56,227 nt of DNA from Psammoneis japonica (lineage: Eukaryota), in assembly GCA_008632985.1 (NCBI GenBank), contig QPGO01000211.1, positions 62,001 to 118,227 of the forward strand, read 5' to 3'. Of the stretch, positions 46,821 through 56,227 are shown piece after piece; positions within the stretch are counted from its first letter, which is position 1; the number at the start of each line of letters is the position of its first letter. The notes under the pieces were generated by a model. It worked only from the letters and a program-made list of their open reading frames with translations, had not been told where the DNA came from and searched no databases. Position numbers and translations under genes: made by a program.

Positions 46821-49443
46821 TTACATGAAGAAGAAGGCACCGCTGAGAGCCATGAACACCACCGTCGTCACCTTCTTGACGGAAGCGCTAGATCCCTGCT
46901 TGTCATCCAAGTTGAAGACCATCTCAAACGCAGCACTGCCAGCGGTGTCATCGGGCTCGTCGAGCTTCCTGACCTGCTTGCTCTCGTCTCCTTCAGGTTC
47001 ACTATAGAGAACGTTGGCACGAAGACGACGTCCGGTATCAGTGAATGCCATGACAGCAACTCCATATGCGAGCACATCAGCAGGAAGGTCGTCGACAAAG
47101 AACGCCGAAGTCATCTGAGTACGAATGTTGCACTTGTCCCCGTTGTACGCCACGGCAGTCAATGCGTCCGCATCCCCGTCGGAGATGGGGGTCCTCGTAA
47201 GCAATCCCTGCTCAAAGACCAGAGAATCGATTCCGACAAACACAAGATTGGTAGCGTTCGTTTCGAGGCAAATGTACACGTCGTCTCCCTGCGTCAAAGT
47301 CTCGGCAAGACATGTCAAAGACACGTCACACTGACAGGCGAACACGTTGTAATCCAAGTCCGCGTTCTGGTTGAGCAATCCAGCGTCCGTACGCTCAAGA
47401 TCGAGGACTCCCGACACCGTGAAACCTTGGGTCAAGTCGATGGTAAGAATGATCTTGGTCTCATGGAAGTGAACCGAAGTCGCGATATCGTCGTCATCAT
47501 CGTCGAGCATCAGATCAACACGGATACACAAGCTGATAGTTCCTCCACCAACGTCAGTGTCATTCCAGACTCCACTGGAGGTAACGGTATCCTGCTTGAT
47601 ATCAAGGGCAACGTCGAGAGTTCCATGCGAAGGAGAAGTAGGAGTCAAAGTCTTGGCCACTCCAACAACGGTATCGGGGACAGCGGTGAGGCAGTCCGAC
47701 TCGTAAATCACGACGGTGTTTTCACGACGAGTGATGTTGTAGTTGAACTTGATCTCCTCGGTGTCAGAGGCATCGTTGAACGCCACAACCGCATCGTCCA
47801 GCCTGAAGATGTCCCACGAGAACTGATCGACGTTCAAGTCCAGATACGAGCTCGGGGCGGCGGAAGGACTATCCGACGAGGAGGGAGGAGCGGAAGGCTG
47901 CGAAGACGGGGCAGGGCTTGCAGTTGGGATGGAAGAAGGTAACGAAGACGGTTCCAAGGACGGTGCTTGCGATGGAGAGCTGGTAGGGGAAGGGCCGGTC
48001 CGTCAAAGACACGAACACTGCCAGTCGAGAAGCCACCGTCATCGTCGGCCCAGGTAGCTCCTCCCGCGAGACGAACACCATCACCAGTCATGGAGACACT
48101 GAAACCAAATCGGTTCTGATTGGCTTCCCCTTCGATGTCATCTCCCAGCTGCGTCCAAGCACCGGAATCAAACTCGAAAAGCTGGACCCGACCCTTTTGG
48201 TTGCTGAACTGGTAGGAGGAAGCGGCGATGCGAGACCCGTCGTCGGAGATGGCCACGGAGCGACCAAACCTGTCGTTATCGTCTCCTTCCATGGCGGTAC
48301 CCTGAATGACCCACGCGCTGCCATCGTACTCGTACACTTCCACGGCTCCACGCAAACTTCCGCCTCCGTCGCTAAAGGGCGAACCAATGATCAAGGAAGA
48401 ACCACTGCCACTCAGGTCAATCGAAAAACCAAGCTGCATTCCAGCGCTGGCTCCAATGATGTCCGTACCAACTTGAGTCCATGAAACGCCGTTGTACTCG
48501 TAGACTTGGACAAGTCCGGCTTCCGTATTTGCGCCGTCGTCAAACTTGAAGGCGGAAATCGCAATGCGGTTGCCATCCGTGGAGAAAGCAGTGCTCGAGC
48601 CGAAGCGACCGCCCGCTGCGGTCCCTGCAAAGGATCCGATGGCATTCCACGCGGTACCCGACCACTCGAAGACTTGGACGAGGCCAGCGCTTACGTTGTC
48701 ACCCTCACTGCTAAGAGCCATGCGGGTTCCATCCGGAGACATGGTGACGACCTCACCATCTTGAGTGCTCGCACTAGCAATGTTCGCACCAAGTTGCGTG
48801 GCAACCCCACCGGGGCTGATATCAAAAACCTGTGCGTAGTTGGGTGAAGCATCGTTACGACGGAGAGCGATACGAGCACCATCGGCGGAGAGCGAAACGT
48901 GCTGAATCTTCTCGTTGAGAGCACCGGTGGTGGCAGGATCGTCGGAGCTCGACCAAAGAAGGTCCCAATCAGTGCCGTTGTCATCGTAGAGAAAGATCCC
49001 GCCGCCATCCTCGTTCGGAACGTCGTGGAGGGGGGATCCAACAACGAGGCGTGTGCCGTCGGCCGACGAAAGGTCAACAACCGATCCGAACTCGACATCG
49101 TCAACCCCACCGTTCGAAGAGGGCGTGCCGAAAATCGTATCGCCAATCTTGGTGAAACCCGTAGGATCCAAACGACGAAGAGACGAAGAGACGAAGAGAC
49201 CGCTGAAGCGGCGCGAGACTTGAAAGGATGCTGAAGTGGAATGGCGACGTGGACAGCGGAGAAACGTGAGTGAAAGCGTAGAACAATGGCAAAACACAAG
49301 ATCACGACGACAAGACGACGGGTAGAACGCGTAGAGAACAATGCAGCACTTACCAATCCGTTCAATCCGTGGGAGTCCTGCGACCCAGCAACCACATTGG
49401 TTGCCAATAAGGCCGTCAAGACAGAGGGAACGAAGCGGGGCAT
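46821..49443 (-). pseudogene. Secreted or cell-surface FG-GAP (integrin-alpha-like) beta-propeller protein with a PS-rich linker and hydrophobic C terminus; two frameshifts
   Basis: Signal peptide from ATG 49443, intron donor at 49353, about 7 repeats of FGxSVxLSxDGxRxxxG...GxVxVYEY. Frameshifts at an 8-mer triplication (49174-49200) and a 1-nt loss at ~47993. Confidence 0.75.
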
Positions 49444-49644
49444 CGAAGAACTTTTCAGAAGAGGTGTAACTTGCAGCGTAAAGAGCAAATTATGAGAGCA
49501 ACGAATGAGGAGACTGAATGAGCAGTCACGGGAAATTCACCGACCTGAGCAGTCTCCTTCCGTAGGACTTGTACCAGCTTCTACGAATTCCTATCTCAAC
49601 TGACAATTGCAGCGACCGTTTCACTCCAGCAATGGAATATCTTT

Positions 49645-49813
49645 TGTACTGGAAGCCACGTGAATTTCACGCATTCCTACTGAAACGGCAATTTTTTTCA
49701 TGGTAACGGCCGCTAGAGTAGAGAGACTGCAATGTACCGGAAGCCACGTAAATGCCACGGATTCCTACTCAAACGGCAGGTTTGTTCCATGGGTAACGGC
49801 GGCGCTACTAGAG
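49645..49813 (+). repeat. Degenerate ~75-bp direct repeat upstream of the FG-GAP gene
   Basis: tgtacyggaagccacgt..at..cacg.attcctact.aaacggca...catggtaacggc at 49645 and 49733. Confidence 0.85.
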
Positions 49814-50019
49814 CAGGATCAAATTGAAATGCTTTCTACTCAACTCTACTCTCTAAGAGCTACTCTCTAGCTAGAGTGAATACTGGTGGACTATCACCCC
49901 ACCGCATTGAAACAAATTTACCTTTAGTATGTATCCATATGTAAAATAATACTAAACTTTATCTTTAATTTGGTACCAGTTGTTTGCATTTGTTTGCATT
50001 TGCTTGTTGCTCGTCTTAA

Positions 50020-52494
50020 TTAGTTTGTGAGGCGACGGTAGACAGCGCTGGTGGAAAACGGATCAAGAGTAGCCTTTACGGGGCCACTGAAAAACTTCAA
50101 GAGACTACTGAATCTCGACAGGTAGGTGTGGTCACGAGCAACCAAGTCCATAAGGCGGGTCATTTCCTTCATGTTGGTGTTGTGCTTGAACGCGGTGTTG
50201 CATAGCTCGCCAGCATCTTCATTGAAAACAATGGCGGGAGAGTATCCCAAAAGCTCCAAAGCAACAGGATTGTTCGTCATGGGAAGCATACCCATCGCAA
50301 TCACGTTCAATATTCTATCTGCAACATACGATTGCTCGATTATTGTATCCAAATGGCATTTGCCCTGGAAGGCGGGAGCATAAATGCTATTCGCATTTTG
50401 AAATACTTCCTCCACCGAATATTTGTCCAAATCGTCCTTCATTTCGAAGTTGGGCAACTCTTTGAGCTTGTCGATATCGTTAGAAAGAATCCATTTGCCA
50501 TGGCGGGTGACCGTCATGTTGTGCTCCAGGCAACCACGAGTGAAGTCCACAAACTCATCAAGATTGCAGTACCAGATGCTTCCAATGAACTCCATTCCTT
50601 TTTGATCTTGAATGCGTTTCAGCTCCTTTGACTTGACGCGTCTTTTGTTTTGCATAATCTCGGAGGGAATGTACTCCGTGGCCCAAGGCATCACAACCAG
50701 CCTTTCTTCGGGACACTCGAAATGCTTTCCAATATGATCCTGATTGCAGCCATTGTGCGGTCTCCAAATGTCCCCTCGCACAAATTCTTGAGAATCAAAG
50801 ATTGGAACGTGGCCATCGGGACCCCACGCTTCCCACTCGGCAGCTCGACCGGCCCTCTTGAGAGCCTCGTGGGGACGGGGAGTCATGCCGTGGAATACGT
50901 AAAGCGACGATTCTTCAACAGGCATGCAAGCATTCCATATCATTAGACCAGGTCATGTGCTTCGGCGACGCAAAAACAAGAGACTTGGCCATCTTGCCAC
51001 GGGTGCTGTCCTTGTACAAGTAGGTTCCAAGGTCAAAGCCGGGGATCTCCGTCACGTGACACAAGTGGCGTGGCCCAGGGGAATGATCGAGCGCAAACTC
51101 GATTGCCTTGACAATGGCAGCATGAACGTATCTGTGGGAATGATCCGCTTCCGGTCTCAACCCCCAAATAATTACTCCATCGAGTCCAGCTCGGTCGAGC
51201 TCGTTTAGGAACTCAACACTGGCAGGATAATCATTTGCTTGAGCTGCAGCAGCTCCTCCACCGTGCATGGAACAGTGCTGGGAGATTTCACGGTGGACTT
51301 TCTTAGTATCAACGCAGAATTCTTCCTTGCCGCGAGAACACAAGTCAGCGACAAGCTGCATGCGTAGTTTCTCAGCAGCTTCTGGACTAGACGCCTCTTG
51401 AAGACGGATGGTCTCCTTGCTCACCATGGTTTGAACCGGCGACTCTCTCATCCTATCCATAATGTACTTGTCGTGCTTGGGGATTTCGTTCTTCAGAACT
51501 TGAACGCGATCCTTGTTCACAAAGGGGTCACAAACGGGCTTTCCTGAACTTTCCTTGCTACGAAGGAGACTGTTAAAGTCAGGTGACTGAATAAAAAGTC
51601 GTGGCGAGGTGATATAAATATTCAGAAGCCCTTCACGTCCAAGTATATTCACATTGTGGTCCTGATTGGTAGTTCAAGAGAATTGAAAGGTGAGTGACAG
51701 TGGGTCCGGTGCCTTGGCATTTGCTCATTTTTGCAACTTACATATGGTAACACCATGGGCTGGCTGTATTGGAGGAGGGTCTCAGCTCCGGCTCGGTTCA
51801 CTAGGTACGCGTGGGTGCACATCTCCCAACCAGATCCTTTCTCAAGGGTTCCCCTCCTCGACACTCTTGCAGCATTTGTCACGCCAAACGAGGCAACGAC
51901 GTTATTGTCACGCAGCTCACAAATATCCCAGCATCGTCCAAGATTAATGTAATTCCAGTCGGCTGGTGCGACATTCAAAATGTCCTCGAGCTCCTCTCCG
52001 ATGTTATCTGCCAGCGCTACGGCATCATCCTCCAACACAAGCATCGTTTCTGCATCAGATGCCAAGAAGCTTTCCAAAGCACGACGGTGAGACATGGTAC
52101 AAGAAACCTCTCCAGCCTGGGGGTAAGGGATGGTGTAAATATCTCTCAGTTTTCCATCATCGTCCCATGACCGGTCCAATGTCTTTGCAGACTCCATCAT
52201 TTGCAAATCAGCAGTTGTTTTGTTGAAGGCCTTGACAAACTCCATATCGGGAAAGATGTTGTGTAGGTTGTTACTCGCCTGCTCAATCCGAGAAGGAACT
52301 ACAATGGTCTTCACAACATACGATGGCTTAGTCGTGAAGGGACTGACCGCTGACCCTTTTCTGTTCACCATTGTCAGGGCCTGATAACCAAACATAAGAA
52401 TAACTCCGACCACCAACATATCCATCCTCGAGGTTGGTCTCTTCAAGGCTGCACGCACTCCAGCAACAACATTGCTGGGGTTAATCGATCTCAT
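50020..52494 (-). CDS. Type II membrane GT25-like glycosyltransferase fused to a second (CgeB/GT-B-like) module; one frameshift at ~50940
   Basis: N-terminal TM; GEVSCTMSH, LVLEDDA, THAYLVNRAGAETLL and LPY|DH across intron 51662-51741; C-terminal YVADRILNVIAMG...RDHTYLSR. Confidence 0.75.
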
Positions 52495-53788
52495 GATGGT
52501 ACTACAAACCCGAGATGTTGGACAACGAAGGAGACTATGACTTGCAAATGAATGAGAGTGTTTTGTTGTCTTGAGTCATCCCGTGTGAAAGTGGTTGTAC
52601 CTTTGATCGCGAACTTTTCGAAATCCCTGGTACAAGTTCTACACGATAATCCCGTGGAGTGACCAACGCCGCGTTTTGTGTGGGGTCATCGTTGGCTCTG
52701 CGATGACAAATTGTTTGATGAAAGGCATAAATAAGATGGTCATTAAATATTCGGTGTCAAATTTTTTTGTACAAAGTCATTACCCTAAGAAACCCGAAGC
52801 TACGTGAATGCGTTACATAGGGTTACGTGAGGGATTACTTAGGGAAACAAAAAACCACGTAGAAATGATAATTTTTCGTACTGGTATACAAAGTAGAGTA
52901 ACGGCAATCGGTCATGTTTCGGTACTGCGCCCAAATTTCAAACGTTAGTCACGCTCACCCATCCTATTCCTTTCTCGCACGGCTCTCTTGCTCTACTAAC
53001 TACTTCGGTCCCGTCCCCCAATTATTTTCAAAGTCTTGTTTGTTAAACAGCAATTTCTTTACGCCTCACTCATATTTGTCTTTGCAGACGCCTACTTATC
53101 TAATTGCAACATTAGGAAATGTCATGAGTGCTATGTGTCACACTCCGATCATTACACAATGCACGACTGTTCTAACAGCACAGTATCTAAAACATTAAAT
53201 CAGCGGAAATGTCAAGTGATATTTACCCTCTTTCACCCTTGTTCACTTTCCTTCTTCGATAAGTCTCGATCCAAAGTAAATAATGTACCTGCATAATTGA
53301 CGTGTCAATAGCTACGATGCAGTGCTACAGCATTTATAAGAATTGCTCCGATGTGTATCGTTTGTCTCTTGCGAGATCACGAAACAATAAGGACATCGAA
53401 AAATTCGTTCGTGATTGAAAGAAATAGAGTCTACGCTGCTACGCTCTAGTGCTTTAGCTTTTCGCAGGTCGCCCTTTCTCGAAATCAGGTTCTATTCGAT
53501 CTAGAATAGTTTTTGCAATGTAGTTTCAATTAATTAGTTGTGACTTCAGCATGCATCTTTAGCAATGTACTCCTAACCAGTAGCTCATGTTACTCATCGC
53601 CCAATAATCCCACTAACTAGAACAGAAGTCGGCGTTCAAACCTTGTATGACAATTTTCTATGGCATTATGACATTCTTTTTAATACACATTCCCAAACTT
53701 GAATCTACAGGTCCCAAATTGGAATATATTGGCTTCTTTTGAGTACGTTGTTACTCGAACGTGAGTTTAATAAGTGCAACGAGACAGT

Positions 53789-54184
53789 TTATGCGCAAGA
53801 TGCAAGCTCCACACTTTGCGATGAAGATGATTTCTTGATCATGCCGTTCTTTTCTGCTATGTCAATCATGTCCGAGCAATCGTTTGTAGCTCTTGTATAT
53901 TCATTGTGCGCAATCTCAAGGGCCGATGATGTTCTGTTGAGCATCTTGATTAGTGAATCGTCGTTGTATTTGCCGCTCTTGTAGAGCAGCTTGGCCGTCA
54001 GTGCATTCGTCAAGCGAGAAGCGTTTTCGTTGGCAATCTTAAGGGCGCGCAATACACATTCTTGGTGATTCAAGGGCTGCTCAGCAAACGTTACTCGCTT
54101 CAATGGGAATCTCGACTTGGCAGTGTGGTGTCTTGGTGCACTGTATGCAACCTTCTTGTCGTTGGAGGGTCTTCGGCACGTCAT
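53789..54184 (-). CDS. Small hypothetical protein
   Basis: About 130-codon ORF from ATG 54184 with a KRVTF motif and helical character; no other support. Confidence 0.4.
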   Translation of the reverse strand: MTCRRPSNDKKVAYSAPRHHTAKSRFPLKRVTFAEQPLNHQECVLRALKIANENASRLTNALTAKLLYKSGKYNDDSLIKMLNRTSSALEIAHNEYTRATNDCSDMIDIAEKNGMIKKSSSSQSVELASCA

Positions 54185-54635
54185 GGTGTGACTTGGGTGT
54201 TGCTGGTTGACGAAACTACGGAGGTGAGTACAAGGGGGGAAATTCAATTCACGAATCAATCTCTGGTTGGTACGTTTGTCGATTTTCTCAAATTGTGAGC
54301 CTGTGACTCGACATCGGAATGAAAGGCTCTTCTCTCCACTGCAGAAGTGATCCCCCTTTCACATCTTCTATCGTGTGATCGCGGAATAAGTCGTGAGTGT
54401 AATAACACTCGTGACTCACAGGTTCACCTCCGAAAGGAGTCACGAGCGTGACCCGAATGGCAAACTACCGGTATCTCGCCTCTTCAATCTCGCCATGGAC
54501 GCGGATCGCGCTGTCGTTTGTGGTTTCGCGAAGTTGCGAGAGACGAGAGAGGGAGAGAGAAACAAGGAAGGAATTGAAAGGTACAGCTCATCTTCTTTGA
54601 ATCGACAGTACACTGTAGCTTCAGAAGATCAAAAG

Positions 54636-55324
54636 ATGATTTGCCATCTGATCCTGATCTTCATGCTGTTTCTGTGGTTCTATAATCTTCATGTGAATGC
54701 CGACAGCACTGGAAATGCTAAGAACGGTGCGATAATATCTCATGTGCTGGTACTGACAGATGATACCTTTGAACGCGCCACACAATCCTTAAATTCAAAA
54801 TCAACTTCCAAATGGTTTGTGAAATTCTACTCTCCAAAATGCAGTTTCTCCAAAAGGCTTGCGCCAACGTGGCACGAGATCTCCAACACATTGGCTCAGG
54901 ATGATAGAGTCAAGATCGCAGCACTCGACGTGCTTTCCAATCCGCAGACAGCAGAACGATTCCAAATAAGAAGCTATCCTACATTGATTCTCTTTACGGG
55001 CGGCATGCAGTATCCTTATGACGGGATTTGTCTCTAGAGAATTTGTTACAGTTTGTGAAAGAGGGGTATACAACTGTAAAAGCTAGCATGGTTGCAGCAG
55101 ACAACAGTTGGTAGAGTGTCCAATGGAAACGTTTTTTGGATGCTACAAACAAAAACAAATTCCTAAGGGTTCTCGTTGCGTCGTTTCTGATTTTGCATGC
55201 TGCCTTTGTTGTGGATTATTATACGGCTCTTTCGAGCCTGTTGTTTTGGAGACAGCGACCGACGCTTCAAGTACAAGCCCGATTGATGACCGGGTCACGC
55301 ACAGCAACTTCATTTCAATGCTAA
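54636..55324 (+). CDS. Thioredoxin/PDI-like (TMX-type) protein with a CxxS site; frameshifted in this assembly
   Basis: Signal peptide, VLTDDTFE, WFVKFYSPKCSFSKRLAPTW and RFQIRSYPTLILF. Continues as LSLENLLQFVKEGY after a shift at ~55025; a TM-like segment lies in the 55136-55324 frame. Confidence 0.75.
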
Positions 55325-55542
55325 GACAAGAATATCAAGCTTCGACAATACCTCGTTGATGAGTATAGTTATGTAATGAATATCGTCCTGTCGGACTTAC
55401 AAGCAGGAGTGGAATTCGTGATGAGTGCTCACACGTACGTTAAGCACAAATCGAAGTACTGCATGACGTCTTCCAGAACGGACGGTGTCATGACAAGATT
55501 TCCTACGCCTTATCCCTTATAATCCCTTCGGTTTTCCCCTTT

Positions 55543-55971
55543 TCACTCTTCACTCTTTTTGTTGGCTGCAGCTACAGCCATGGCCGCATCGACAGCCGCT
55601 TTTTGCATTTTGGATTGCATTTCCTGTACCTCTGCCGCAGTCTCGTTAGCCTTGGTTTCTTTGCTCTTTAGTGACTTTTCTAGCTTGCTCATTTCCGCTG
55701 AAATAAATTCCAACCGCTTCTCCACCGTGTCCTTGGCTTCGGATACGTCTTGCTTGATGAGCACCGGACCCATTTCCTTGTATACATAATCATTGTTGTT
55801 TTAATCATGATTTCTAATTCTTGCTTGACAATTTCGTTTCGGTTCGTTGCCCCAAGAGAGTTTGAAGATCGACCTGGCCTTTCGTTATCTCTTGCTGCAA
55901 TTCTCTAAGGATGCGACCTTTTCATTGACTGCATTTACAAGTTCGTTGCCTGGATTCGCTGTAGCAGACAT
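55543..55971 (-). CDS. PFDN6: Prefoldin subunit 6 (Gim1/Yke2); several apparent indel errors
   Basis: VYK..GPVLIKQDVSEAKDTVEKRLEFISAEM; upstream fragments RELQQEI and (N)EIVKQELE in shifting frames from ATG 55971. Confidence 0.85.
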
Positions 55972-56227
55972 TATTTTTTCAACTTCTGTTGAGTTCTATG
56001 CGCAAACTTTATAGCGACGCAAGATGAAATCACTGTTCAGGAAACAGCAAGGTGCGGAAAGGCTCAATCCACAAAATGTATGGTATCCAACAGGCACAAT
56101 CCAATGAACAAGCGCCGCGAAAGCCAGAGCGCAAAGCAAAGGCCGCTAGGCCTTTGGATATCCCTGGTCCGCGCATCGTTGCGCTTTTGTGCAACAGTGT
56201 ACGATTTTTGGGTCACAGTCATTTTCC

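Overview
Eukaryotic genomic window, most likely from a pennate diatom (short GT-AG introns, a DUF6824-type protein, an AFAP bipartite plastid presequence). It holds about 15 host genes: VAC14, an F-box protein, a PDZ/repeat protein, a TTD14-like P-loop protein, a DUF6824/CRAL-TRIO protein, a CLC transporter, a B-lectin protein, aspartokinase-homoserine dehydrogenase, an FG-GAP protein, a GT25 fusion, a thioredoxin-like protein, prefoldin 6 and several hypotheticals. It also holds a complete but dead 10-kb tyrosine-recombinase retrotransposon (30261-40258) with A1...B1-A2-B2 split direct repeats, two nested MITEs and a degenerate C5-methyltransferase-like domain. The most striking signal is mutational. 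The longer repeated stretches are almost devoid of TpA: the retroelement, old TE remnants, a 160-bp tandem array and internal duplications inside a host gene. Paired copies differ by TA>TG/CA transitions, and YTAR contexts survive preferentially. This resembles a RIP-like, repeat-targeted A:T>G:C hypermutation that is separable from CpG decay. All counts were made by eye and domain calls come from motif recognition; no searches were run. Several frameshifts, especially near the right end, are probably assembly errors.
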